Below, piece by piece: positions 8,061 through 17,251 of a stretch of 64,000 nucleotides of DNA. The DNA is from Candidatus Gastranaerophilales bacterium (lineage in GTDB: Bacteria > Cyanobacteriota > Vampirovibrionia > Gastranaerophilales > Gastranaerophilaceae), in NCBI GenBank assembly GCA_944325555.1, contig CALVAN010000006.1, forward strand, positions 22,998-86,997, given 5' to 3'. The notes under the pieces were generated by a model, which ran no database searches, was not told the origin of the DNA, and saw nothing but the letters and a program-made list of their open reading frames with translations. The stretch's first letter is position 1, and every line of letters starts with the position of its first letter. The translations under genes and the position numbers were made by a program.

Positions 8061-9008
8061 TTATACAGCCCCCTTTGCTTCAGTTTTATTTTGTTGTTGC
8101 GAAGCCGAGGCATTTGCATCTTCTCCCGTGTTAAGTCCGTCAACTCCGGGGAACTTATCACCCGTCTGATAGAGTTTTGGAATTATGCATAAGAAAGCCG
8201 ACAGGGCACCAACAGCAAGGATATTGGTTGCATATCGAAGATTTTTTGCCTTTTTGTGGAACTTATCAACAAATGTTTCTTTATCTTCAGATGTTTTAGC
8301 TGCCTTTTTGGTAAAATCATCAAGGTAATTTGTCATATCTTTGAAAAGCGTAGATACATCTTGCTCTTTGCCGCCTGCTTTAACAGTAGAAGCATTATCA
8401 AGATATTTACCGTTAGCTTTGTTGAGTTTTGTGGTTAATTCCACAGCTTTAGCTCTAAGCTTTTTAGCGGGTTCTGTTTTCTCAACAGCTTTTAACATTA
8501 AATCTGAAAGCTCTGTGATTAAACCTTTTTCTTTGTCAAAACCTTTAAAGGCTTCTTGAGTTAAACTGTTAACAAAATCTTTTTTGATTGCAGCAGAATC
8601 CTTAATAGATGCTGTTGTCTTTTGCATAATAGGTTTGAAGCTGTCCAAAACGCCTGCTTGTACTTTGGCAACTTTACCGCGCAACAAACCGACTCCTGTC
8701 ATCACCAAAAGCGGAACATAGAAAAATGCAGGACCTGACAACAATTCTCTGACAAGTTCTTCTCGTCCGGCTTTATAGTTTAAATGACCAAGTTCTTCAC
8801 GGTTTCTCAAATATCCCTGTGCTGTTCTCGGAGCCATCATACCAAAGGTATCAATACTCAAAAACTCTCCCAAAAAACCGTTATTTTCAATAAACGTAGC
8901 AAAACCAACAATGGGATTACCTTTAAATGAAGGTTTGTTACCCTTTGAATTTCCATGCTCCGTATTAACGTTTTGTTGTCTAGTATAATTTAGTGACTGT
9001 AACTTCAT
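8061..9008 (-). CDS. Two-TM membrane protein of unknown function with N-terminal ..GNKPSFKGN motif
   Basis: 315-aa ORF with the same architecture as its downstream neighbour: N/S/T-rich leader, TM, long K/E/A-rich helical region, TM, polar tail. Confidence 0.7.
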   Translation of the reverse strand: MKLQSLNYTRQQNVNTEHGNSKGNKPSFKGNPIVGFATFIENNGFLGEFLSIDTFGMMAPRTAQGYLRNREELGHLNYKAGREELVRELLSGPAFFYVPLLVMTGVGLLRGKVAKVQAGVLDSFKPIMQKTTASIKDSAAIKKDFVNSLTQEAFKGFDKEKGLITELSDLMLKAVEKTEPAKKLRAKAVELTTKLNKANGKYLDNASTVKAGGKEQDVSTLFKDMTNYLDDFTKKAAKTSEDKETFVDKFHKKAKNLRYATNILAVGALSAFLCIIPKLYQTGDKFPGVDGLNTGEDANASASQQQNKTEAKGAV

Positions 9009-9315
9009 TTAACCCTGCCAAAGTCTTCACACATGAATGTTTAATGCAAAACATAATAATAAATTGCTATTTTGTAACGAACATATTAACATATATTTAC
9101 AAATATGTGTACCCTTTACACTTAATTTTTTGCGTTTTATTAAGTAATGTTAAAATTGTAGCAGTAGCCGAACAAGCCTCAAACTGCTATCAATGTAGTG
9201 TTTGAGAAACAATAAAACAATTTTTTTTATTTTACAAAAATTTGCTGATTCTGAAAAAATTTTTTTTTGATTTATAATATATTCTGTATAGGATAAGTCA
9301 CAGAAGGAAAATTAG

Positions 9316-10380
9316 ATGTCCGAAACAATGCAAATAGGGATTCCGAGAGCCATGTCATATTACAATTACTTCCCATTCTGGTATGGCTTTTTTGAAAATC
9401 TCGGTATCAAAGTAATAATTTCCGACAAAACAACAAAACAGACAATGTCTGACGGTTCGGCACTTGTTGTATCAGAAACATGCCTGCCGATAAAAGTATA
9501 TGTAGGACACATTTTAAACCTTTTGGACAAGGGTATTGATAAAATTTTCATCCCCTCTATTCAATCCATCGACCACAAAATTTACAACTGTTCTAAAATC
9601 AGAGGACTTCCTGATTTGATAAAAAATGTTGTTAAAAAGAAATTTACCATTATCGATGCTACATTAGATAAATCAGAAAAAAACAGAGGTTTGTACTCAT
9701 TCTTAAAAGAAGCGGTTGCACCCTTTGGAATAACTGATGAAAAAAGGATAAAAGAAGCGTCAAAAGAAGGCTGGAAAGTACTAAACAATTTTAAAATCAT
9801 GCTCAACTCCGGAATCCCTTTTGAAAAAGCATTAAATTATGCAAAAAAAGGTCAAGTTGTAATTGTTAACAATCAAAAATCATATCCGATAAGTGTTGCT
9901 GTTTTGGCTCACAGCTATAATTTATTTGATGACCGTATATCAATGAAAATTTTTGATAAACTTGAAAAATTGGATGTCAAATCCTATACTGCAGAACAGC
10001 TTTCTATCGAACAGTTAAAAGAAGGTATTTCTGCAATGGATTCTAAGCTATACTGGGCAAATGAATATGAAATGACAGGTGCAGCAGGGCATTACTTGCA
10101 AGACAACAATATAGACGGCCTTATTACAATAAATGCCTTTGGCTGCGGACCGGATTCTATAATGGTAGAAAGAATTTCCAGAGCAGCAAGAAAATTTAAT
10201 AAACCTATTTTAAATCTGTCTGTTGATGAACAAACAGGTGAAGCAGGTTTTATCACCAGAATAGAAGCTTTTACAGATATGCTCTTCCGCAAAAAACGTG
10301 CAAGCATTGTTAATAAAATTCATATTAATGATGTTGTAAAAGAAACTACTGATAAGGAAGTTAAATTTTCTAAAAAATAA
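9316..10380 (+). CDS. Acyl-CoA dehydratase activase-related protein (DUF2229-type), stand-alone
   Basis: The N-terminus IGIPRAMSYYNYFPFWYGFFENLGIKVIISDKTTK....G.....ETCLPIKVYVGH...L...GIDKIFIPS is the hallmark of the DUF2229 region of BadF/BcrA-type activase fusion proteins. No ATPase module is present. Confidence 0.7.
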   Translation: MSETMQIGIPRAMSYYNYFPFWYGFFENLGIKVIISDKTTKQTMSDGSALVVSETCLPIKVYVGHILNLLDKGIDKIFIPSIQSIDHKIYNCSKIRGLPDLIKNVVKKKFTIIDATLDKSEKNRGLYSFLKEAVAPFGITDEKRIKEASKEGWKVLNNFKIMLNSGIPFEKALNYAKKGQVVIVNNQKSYPISVAVLAHSYNLFDDRISMKIFDKLEKLDVKSYTAEQLSIEQLKEGISAMDSKLYWANEYEMTGAAGHYLQDNNIDGLITINAFGCGPDSIMVERISRAARKFNKPILNLSVDEQTGEAGFITRIEAFTDMLFRKKRASIVNKIHINDVVKETTDKEVKFSKK

Positions 10381-10392
10381 AGAATACTCAAA

Positions 10393-11355
10393 ATGAATTT
10401 TTTGTATAACAAAGAGCTCAACGAGAACCACAATATAACCAAAACAGGTTATAGAGCGTTGTTTTTACTTATACAGCTTATACAACAACCGCTTTCACGA
10501 AATGAATTAATAGGTCTACTGGAAGAAAATCCGATTTTAAACAAAGATTTTTCCAAAGATACTATAACTAATACAATAAATACTCTACGCAAAGCCGGTT
10601 GCATAATAAGCAGACCATCACAAAAAACACAAAACAAATATGTTTTAAAATCCCATCCTTTTATAATTTATTTGTCTCCACAGCATATAAAAGCACTGCA
10701 AACTTTTAGAGAAGGACTAATTGCAAGCGGGAATTGGCGTCTTGTTTTTTTATTGAATAATTTATACACAAAAATAGCAAAACTAACAAAAGAAGAGTGT
10801 GTTGCCGAAACCCTTAAAAACAACCACCCGTTTAAAGATATCGATATAGATATAATAAATAACTTAATTTTATTTATCAAAACAGGAAAAAAAGCTCGTT
10901 TTATCTATACATCACCGAGCAGTGGAGCAGAAGAATTGGAATTTTCTCCCGAATATATTACCTTCGAAAATCAAAAGCTTTATGTATGGGGACATAATCT
11001 AAAATATGACAATTTCGGTTATTTAAGAATTGATAAAATAAAAGAAATTGCTACCCCTATTTATAAAGCGCAAAATGCAGCAGAAGACCACTTTGAAAAA
11101 CCAGTTTTAAAAGTTGAATACATACTCAAAGGTAACAGTCTACAAACATTCGTCTGCAATGAATATGAAGAAATTATAGAAAAAAGCGAATGCACAATCA
11201 AAGTTGCAGCAAATGTAAGCAACAAATTCAACTTTTATCAAAGAATATTGTCATTCGGAACAGATTGCAAAATTCTGACACCAAAATCAGCACAAAAAGA
11301 ACTTTTAAATATTTTAAACAAAATAAAAACAGGATATAAAAATGCAGGACAATAA
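10393..11355 (+). CDS. HTH + WYL-domain transcriptional regulator (first of a pair)
   Basis: N-terminal winged HTH (GYRALFLLIQLIQQPLSRNELIGLL). WYL core ARFIYTSPSSGAEELEFSPEYITFENQKLYVWGHN...FGYLRIDKIKEI. Confidence 0.75.
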   Translation: MNFLYNKELNENHNITKTGYRALFLLIQLIQQPLSRNELIGLLEENPILNKDFSKDTITNTINTLRKAGCIISRPSQKTQNKYVLKSHPFIIYLSPQHIKALQTFREGLIASGNWRLVFLLNNLYTKIAKLTKEECVAETLKNNHPFKDIDIDIINNLILFIKTGKKARFIYTSPSSGAEELEFSPEYITFENQKLYVWGHNLKYDNFGYLRIDKIKEIATPIYKAQNAAEDHFEKPVLKVEYILKGNSLQTFVCNEYEEIIEKSECTIKVAANVSNKFNFYQRILSFGTDCKILTPKSAQKELLNILNKIKTGYKNAGQ

Positions 11356-12247
11356 AATAAATAATGCAGGATACAGGCTTATTGAATTACTCAAAGAGCT
11401 GATGAAAAAGCCGCTGGATGTCTATGAATTGCTAACAATTGTTGAAGATACATCAGATAACAGCTACCGCAAAGAATTAATTAACAAATACCTGAACACA
11501 TTAAAATTACTAAATATTCCTGTTGTTAAACAAAAAGATAAATACTATATCCAAAGAGGCATTGACAATATTGACTTCAATGAAAATGATTTATCAGTAT
11601 TAAAGTTAATAGAAAACGCTCTACCGCAAATTCAAAGCCCCGAGATAAAACAAAACCTTGAGGAAGCTTTACAAATTATAGAGCAAAATTTTTCACAAAA
11701 TACAGACAATCTAATCCAAACTAAAGAGATAAAACCATTTATCACAAACTTTAAACTTGCTTTATATGATGAAAATATTAAAAAATTCGAAAAATTTTGC
11801 AAAGACAAGCTAAAATTAAGTTTAAAATATAAAAATGAAACCACTGGACAAATCGAGCAGTACAACCTGGCACCGGTAAAAATCATATACAAAAACAGCA
11901 ACGCATCCTTAATAGGTTATTATTACGGCACTAATTCTTATAAAGAACTTTTGCTAAAAAACATAATTGAAGCACACCAAATGCCTCAGGTATCAACAAT
12001 AAACTTGTCAGGCTCCGTCACCTTTAAACTAAAAAACAGGCTTGCATATTCTTACAAATTAAAAGAAGGTGAAACAATAATTGAACATGGAATGGATTAT
12101 ATAATCGTATCTAATAATCTTGAAGATAAAGATTTAATTCTAAGACGACTTATCAGATACTATGACAATTGTGAAATTTTATACCCCAAGGCAATGAAAG
12201 AAAATATGCTGCAGCTTATTGAAGATATGGAGAGCCTGTATGCATAG
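11342..12247 (+). CDS. HTH + WYL-like transcriptional regulator (second of a pair)
   Basis: Overlaps the previous gene by 14 nt. N-terminal HTH (GYRLIELLKELMKKPLDVYELLTIV). Degenerate WYL core (LSLKYKNETTGQIEQYNLAPVKIIYKNSNASLIGYYYG...). Confidence 0.65.
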   Translation: MQDNKINNAGYRLIELLKELMKKPLDVYELLTIVEDTSDNSYRKELINKYLNTLKLLNIPVVKQKDKYYIQRGIDNIDFNENDLSVLKLIENALPQIQSPEIKQNLEEALQIIEQNFSQNTDNLIQTKEIKPFITNFKLALYDENIKKFEKFCKDKLKLSLKYKNETTGQIEQYNLAPVKIIYKNSNASLIGYYYGTNSYKELLLKNIIEAHQMPQVSTINLSGSVTFKLKNRLAYSYKLKEGETIIEHGMDYIIVSNNLEDKDLILRRLIRYYDNCEILYPKAMKENMLQLIEDMESLYA

Positions 12248-12608
12248 ATTTTTCAGCAATAAAATAATAGGTAAATCCGGAGAAGATTTGGCATGCCAAT
12301 TTTTGCAAAAACAGGGATACAAGCTACTGGAGCGCAATTTCAGATATTCCAGACTTGCGGAAATAGATATAATTGCAAAAGACAAGGACACGCTTGTCTT
12401 TGTTGAGGTTAAAACACGCACAAACGAAAACTGCGGACACCCTTTTGAAGCAATTAACCACAAAAAGCTCGAACACATTTTTAAAGCCGGACTGGCATAT
12501 ATGCAGACAACTGAAGAAGAATACAAAAAATTCCGTATAGATATAATATCTGTTTTAGGGAAAGACACCCCTAAAATAGAACATTTAAAAGATGTGAGCT
12601 TAAATTAA
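12240..12608 (+). CDS. yraN: YraN family (UPF0102) endonuclease-fold protein
   Basis: G.SGEDLACQFLQKQGYKLLERNFR....EIDIIAKDKDTLVFVEVKTR matches the YraN signature. I prefer the ATG at 12240 (GGAGAG 5 nt upstream), which overlaps the stop of the preceding gene (ATGCATAG), over the TTG at 12219 in the track. Confidence 0.8.
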   Translation: MHRFFSNKIIGKSGEDLACQFLQKQGYKLLERNFRYSRLAEIDIIAKDKDTLVFVEVKTRTNENCGHPFEAINHKKLEHIFKAGLAYMQTTEEEYKKFRIDIISVLGKDTPKIEHLKDVSLN

Positions 12609-12618
12609 AAAACAAAAC

Positions 12619-12855
12619 TTACTTAGCAACAGCTCTGTATTTAGCAGCAAGCTGGTTGTACTGCTGTGCCTGTGCACAGGCAATACGGCAAGCAAGATCG
12701 TATTTTGCGCTCAACTTATCGTATTCTTCTTTAGAAACAGTATTATTGGAAGCAAACGCAGGGTTTGCGGGAGAATTTTTCTGAGGTTGTTCAGCTTTTC
12801 CAAAACTTCTCAAAGGTTGGCATGACATGGTGTTTGTAGCTAAGCTGACGCGCAT
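12619..12855 (-). CDS. Small (78 aa) protein of unknown function with N-terminal ..QPLRSFGKA motif
   Basis: The ORF track gives 12619..12879. The internal ATG at 12855 is preceded by a strong AGAAAGGAGA box 5 nt upstream. The C-terminal half is a Q/A-rich helix. Confidence 0.6.
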   Translation of the reverse strand: MRVSLATNTMSCQPLRSFGKAEQPQKNSPANPAFASNNTVSKEEYDKLSAKYDLACRIACAQAQQYNQLAAKYRAVAK

Positions 12856-13089
12856 TTTAATCTCCTTTCTCATTCCCATAATACTTTCTTCGGCTCAATT
12901 ATTATACCTCTATATTTTGATTATTTCAATATGTTAAATTTGTAAAATTGAGGTTAATTTTTTAAAAAGAATTATACCTTCGGACAATGTGCTTCAGGCT
13001 ATTTCCCCCTGCGCATATATAATAAATACACTAAAAATATTACTGCTGCACATCCATTTTGAACATCCACTCGGGCATACCAAAATCGA

Positions 13090-13242
13090 CTAGCATTTGC
13101 TTAAATTCAGGAGAATATTTGCAATTAGTTTATTAAGCTCATCGTTTGTGAGTTGTTCAAGTTCCTGTCTTTTGGTTTCCGCTTCCTGTCCGGACAAGCC
13201 CATTGACGTTATTATTTGCGATATTAATACCGGATCGGACAT
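13090..13242 (-). CDS. Possible small ORF (50 aa), unknown function
   Basis: My translation: MSDPVLISQIITSMGLSGQEAETKRQELEQLTNDELNKLIANILLNLSKC. Its composition is more protein-like than the overlapping plus-strand track ORF 13097..13312. The RBS is weak (AGGGA). Confidence 0.3.
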   Translation of the reverse strand: MSDPVLISQIITSMGLSGQEAETKRQELEQLTNDELNKLIANILLNLSKC

Positions 13243-13343
13243 AGTATTCCCTGTTGAGTTAACTTCACAGCAAATTTATCGACAATTTTCTATTCGTTCT
13301 TTAATTATTTAAATAAATAGAATTAAGTTTTGTAAATACAGGA

Positions 13344-13377
13344 CAAAAAAAAGCAAAACCCGAAACCGGATTTTGCT
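13344..13377 (-). terminator. Rho-independent terminator downstream of the sigma factor gene
   Basis: The minus strand reads AGCAAAATCC-GGTTTC-GGGTTTTGCT followed by TTTTTTTT. Confidence 0.65.
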
Positions 13378-13486
13378 GAAATAGCGTCACTAAGGAGTTT
13401 AAGATGTCCAAAGAAGACCATACAATTTCTTACCAGAAATTATAAGTATCCTTTGAAAGTTGCAGTTACCCTCGCACTTCTGATTT

Positions 13487-14476
13487 TTAGTTTAAATATT
13501 CTTTAAGGTGTAATATTTCCTGTTTAGCTTTAAGTTTTTGCAGGGCAATATTTTCAATCTGGCGTATCCTTTCCTTTGAAAACCCCATTATCTTCCCTAT
13601 TTCTTCCAGTGTATGTTTAGAATTTCCGTCCAAGCCAAATCGGTTTATCAATATAGTTTTCTCTCTGTGGTTCAAAAAATTAAGCACGGACATAACATCT
13701 TTGTATAAAAACATTGATTGTGTAGTCGCATCAGGAGAACGATAACTGTCATCTGCGACATAATCTTCCAGAACCAAATCTTCGGCTATTGGCGTATCAA
13801 GGCTCACCGGATCTTTAAAAATTGCATTTTTTATATTTTCCAGCTTCTTTTCTGATATACCGAGCTTTGCACTCATTTCCGCATCGCTGGGATCTCTTCC
13901 GAGTTTGCTTGTCAAAGCGGCAGACGCTTTTTTATAAAGTCTTATTTTATCGGTCATATGCACCGGAATTCTTATCGTTCTGGAATGATTGGAAATTGCT
14001 CTTACTATAGATTGTTTTATCCACCACGTTGCATAGGTGCTGAATTTAAAACCTTTTTTATAATCAAATTTTTCAGCCGCTTTCATTAATCCCAAAGAGC
14101 CTTCCTGCACCAGATCCATAAACAACACCCCCTGACCTATATATTTTTTGGCAATACTTACAACAAGTCTTAAATTAGACTGTATAAGCTTTTTCTTAGC
14201 AAGCTCAGCCTCTTTTGCGTTCCCCTCTCTAATTTGCCTGCCGAGTTCTCTCTCATCTTCAGCTTTTAAAAGCTTTATGCGTCCTATATCTTTAAGATAG
14301 TTTTGCAGGATATCATTTTTTTTAACGATTGTACTGAAGGTTTCGATAGTCTCTGATTCAATATTCTGAGCGAGATCCTGTAAATTCTGATTTTCTTCTT
14401 TATTTAAAAGATTTTCTTCAAAATTTTGTACATCAAAATCTTCGACAGCAAAATTTTGCGTCAGATTATTTAACAT
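13487..14476 (-). CDS. rpoD: RNA polymerase sigma-70 family factor (group 1/2, RpoD/SigA-like)
   Basis: Regions 2-4 are unmistakable: [60 protein letters not shown]....RTIRIPVHM, and region 4.2 [20 protein letters not shown]. At 329 aa it is short for a primary sigma. Confidence 0.9.
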   Translation of the reverse strand: MLNNLTQNFAVEDFDVQNFEENLLNKEENQNLQDLAQNIESETIETFSTIVKKNDILQNYLKDIGRIKLLKAEDERELGRQIREGNAKEAELAKKKLIQSNLRLVVSIAKKYIGQGVLFMDLVQEGSLGLMKAAEKFDYKKGFKFSTYATWWIKQSIVRAISNHSRTIRIPVHMTDKIRLYKKASAALTSKLGRDPSDAEMSAKLGISEKKLENIKNAIFKDPVSLDTPIAEDLVLEDYVADDSYRSPDATTQSMFLYKDVMSVLNFLNHREKTILINRFGLDGNSKHTLEEIGKIMGFSKERIRQIENIALQKLKAKQEILHLKEYLN

Positions 14477-14633
14477 TTCCCAATTCCTCTTAAAAAAATT
14501 TATATTTATAAATCTCTCTTGTTAATTTTCATGACGACAGCTCAAAAAAAAAGTTTCCTCATTTGTTACAATGTATTTCTTTTTTGTTTAAAATATATTA
14601 TCATTTATATAAATTCACGTTGTTGAGGTCTTA

Positions 14634-15329
14634 ATGTTTAATAAAGAAAAAATTATAGAAATCTTAAACAGTGAAGATTTGTTCATAGACAATTTTATTC
14701 TCGAGGCGTTTATCAAAAATTGGAAAATCGAACCGATTTACGAAGACGCAAACGGAGTAGAATTCTATGATGAAATGGCTCTGGAAAAAATCAGAAACGG
14801 AATTAAACAAAAAGAGCCTAAACACGAAATAAATGTTATGAACAAAGATGACATTACTCCTGTTGATATGACCGTGGAAGTATCAGAAATTCCAAGTGAA
14901 GAAGAAAATAAAGAACAACAAAACATATCAGAAGCAGAGATAATACATTCTGAAGACAATGCATCAACCGAACAAAAATTCCAAGACCCGCAGGAGCTGC
15001 CTGTTGCTGTTTTAAATGAAGTTAATAGAGAAGTTGAAAATGAACTCAAAAACGTAACACTGGATATCTCTAACCAGACACTGGCGGTACTTGCAGAATC
15101 AATTGCAAGAAAAATCACCAGTGATGTTGCTGATTATATAAAACAAACGGATTTTATAGAAGATGCAGTACAGCTTGGCGAATACAAAAAAGACAACCAG
15201 CTGCTTGTACAAAAAGCGGAAGAATTGTTAGCCGATAACAAAATTCTTGTAAAAAGGATTGAAGAGCTTGAAAAAGAACGCAATTCTTTTGTAAAATTAT
15301 TCGGTAATATATACGTAAAAAATAATTAA
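14634..15329 (+). CDS. Acidic coiled-coil protein of unknown function
   Basis: 231-aa ORF with GAGG RBS. An E/N-rich middle is followed by a C-terminal heptad-like segment (LLVQKAEELLADNKILVKRIEELEKERN). No family recognised. Confidence 0.55.
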   Translation: MFNKEKIIEILNSEDLFIDNFILEAFIKNWKIEPIYEDANGVEFYDEMALEKIRNGIKQKEPKHEINVMNKDDITPVDMTVEVSEIPSEEENKEQQNISEAEIIHSEDNASTEQKFQDPQELPVAVLNEVNREVENELKNVTLDISNQTLAVLAESIARKITSDVADYIKQTDFIEDAVQLGEYKKDNQLLVQKAEELLADNKILVKRIEELEKERNSFVKLFGNIYVKNN

Positions 15330-15333
15330 GATA

Positions 15334-16545
15334 ATGTCATTAAATATAGAAAAACAAATGAAAGCACAGCTTTCCGACGATATATTAAACGCTCTTAAAT
15401 TGTGCTCCCAAACTGCAGCCGAACACGATTTTAAAATCTATTTAATAGGCGGAATTGTAAGAGATTTGCTGCTGAAAAGAAAATCTATAGACATAGATGT
15501 TACGGTAGAGGGGGATGCGGTAAAATTTTGCCATCTTCTTGTTGAAAAAAATTACTGCAAAATTCTTCAGGTACAAAGCGAACTAAAAACTGCCAAAGCG
15601 GTTTTTGACGGAGATGTGGAAATAGACTTTGCCTCAACCAGACAGGAGTTTTACCCGCACAGAGGACATCTGCCCGTTGTCGTTAAAATAGGCTGTTCAC
15701 TGCAAGAGGATGTTTACAGAAGAGATTTTACAATTAATTCTCTTGCAATGTCTTTGAACAAACAAGATTACGGCAATGTTATAGATTACGTCGGCGGAAT
15801 TAAAGACCTGAACAATAAAAAAATAAGAGTACTGCATGACAACAGTTTCAATGAAGATCCTTCAAGGATTCTGCGTGCATTAAAATTTGCGGCGAGATTC
15901 AATTTTCACAGAGATGCCCACACAAAAGCACTACAGGAAAAATACATAACAACACAGCGCCACAAAGACATTTCATGGACACGTATTAAATCCGAGCTAA
16001 AACAGTGTTTTTCACTAAACAGTGCAAAAGTTTATGATATGTTTTTGGTCAATGAAAACTATAAACTTATATACGGTCGAAATCCGGAAATAAAAGGGCT
16101 TGAGATAAAAACTCTTGTGGACAAATACAACCCGTATTATGTCTGGCTGGTTTATTTGGGCACAATATTGAATGATGCAAATATCATTGAGCAGTTTTGT
16201 TTTACCCGCAGCGAAAAGAAGATATTCAGCGATATCGAATATTTGATGAACAATCATTTGAGTATGATGAATTCAAATTATGACATTTACAAATTTTTTG
16301 CAAAAAGGACAACCGAATCGATTATTGTATATTACCTTTTGACACAGCGCAAAGAAGCGTTGAAATATCTTGAAAATTTGTCCTTAATACGGGTAGAGCT
16401 CAACGGGGATGAAATAAAGGCAATGGGAATACAAAACGGAAGAGAAATCGGAGAAATTTTAGACGAAATTTTAAAGAAAAAACTGAACGGAACTATTACA
16501 AAAAAGAGCGAAGAAATAGAATTTGTAAAAAGTAAAATAAAATAG
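15334..16545 (+). CDS. cca: tRNA nucleotidyltransferase (CCA-adding enzyme) / poly(A) polymerase family
   Basis: IYLIGGIVRDLLLKRKSIDIDVTVEGDA and RRDFTINSLAM are the class-II nucleotidyltransferase head motifs. Confidence 0.85.
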   Translation: MSLNIEKQMKAQLSDDILNALKLCSQTAAEHDFKIYLIGGIVRDLLLKRKSIDIDVTVEGDAVKFCHLLVEKNYCKILQVQSELKTAKAVFDGDVEIDFASTRQEFYPHRGHLPVVVKIGCSLQEDVYRRDFTINSLAMSLNKQDYGNVIDYVGGIKDLNNKKIRVLHDNSFNEDPSRILRALKFAARFNFHRDAHTKALQEKYITTQRHKDISWTRIKSELKQCFSLNSAKVYDMFLVNENYKLIYGRNPEIKGLEIKTLVDKYNPYYVWLVYLGTILNDANIIEQFCFTRSEKKIFSDIEYLMNNHLSMMNSNYDIYKFFAKRTTESIIVYYLLTQRKEALKYLENLSLIRVELNGDEIKAMGIQNGREIGEILDEILKKKLNGTITKKSEEIEFVKSKIK

Positions 16546-16587
16546 TTGAAAAATAAAATTTGCCATGTATAATAATAATTACCGAAT

Positions 16588-16659
16588 GCGAGAGTAGTTC
16601 AGTGGTAGAACACTTCCTTGCCAAGGAAGGGGTCGCGAGTTCGAGCCTCGTCTCTCGCT
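16588..16659 (+). tRNA. tRNA-Gly (GCC), CCA not encoded
   Basis: Cloverleaf read by hand: GCGAGAG-TA-GTTC-AGTGGTA-GAAC-A-CTTCC-TTGCCAA-GGAAG-GGGTC-GCGAG-TTCGAGC-CTCGT-CTCTCGC-T. The next bases are AAT. Confidence 0.95.
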
Positions 16660-16668
16660 AATAAAAAA

Positions 16669-16697
16669 ACACTCATCATAAGATGGGTGTTTTTTTT
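16669..16697 (+). terminator. Rho-independent terminator after tRNA-Gly
   Basis: ACACTCATC-ATAA-GATGGGTGT (one G-T pair) followed by T7. Confidence 0.75.
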
Positions 16698-16731
16698 ATT
16701 AGCATGATGATAGTGGTGAGAATTGCTTTTT

Positions 16732-16851
16732 GCGAGTTGCGTGAGCGAGCTGAGGCTGGAGTGCTTTTGTTTATAGTGACAAAGTCACTTAAACAAAACA
16801 CGGAATTGCCGTTACACGCGAGCGAACAAGACACGAGCCTCGTCTCTCGCT
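16732..16851 (+). repeat. Interrupted copy of the tRNA-Gly T-arm/acceptor 3' half
   Basis: GCGAGTT (= tRNA 16635-16641), then 95 nt, then CGAGCCTCGTCTCTCGCT (18/18 identical to tRNA 16642-16659). The 95-nt insert holds a long hairpin (16761-16801). The unit is followed by a second terminator-like hairpin ACACCC-TATC-GGGTGT+T5 (16867-16887). Confidence 0.85.
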
Positions 16852-17251
16852 CCATTTTTTAAGATAACACCCTATCGGGTGTTTTTTAGTATATAGAGAG
16901 ACAGAGGCAAGAACTCAAGTAGAGTTCGAGAGGATTTTGAGCAGCTGTGGAGTCGAGTCTGTGAAACAGACGAGCGAACAGCTATGTGAACAAGGTTAAT
17001 GAAGTGTAGAATTTTTATTCTAAAAATTCGAAACGGAATGCTAAGCCTTGTGAACGCCAATAATCCGATACAACCTCGTTGACCTCAGCTCTAGGCGAAG
17101 AATGAGCATTAGGACATAATACCTATTTCAAATCCATATATCTTCTGATATTTTTTTGTTTTTGCATAAATTTCATTGTTGTATTCTTTAAAATTGTATT
17201 TTGTGTTACTCATTTTTTTAATCCCTTTCTGTTTTATGCTAAAATTTTTTT

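Noticed and set aside
13097-13312. Plus-strand track ORF (71 aa, MLKFRRIFAISLLSSSFVSCSSSC...)
   Set aside because: It is low-complexity and Ser/Cys-rich with a TTG start. The opposite strand carries a more protein-like 50-aa ORF (13090-13242), which I listed at low confidence instead.
13404-13445. 13-codon micro-ORF (MSKEDHTISYQKL) with a perfect AAGGAG box
   Set aside because: It is too short to support. It lies between the sigma-factor stop and its terminator on the opposite strand. I note it only as a curiosity.
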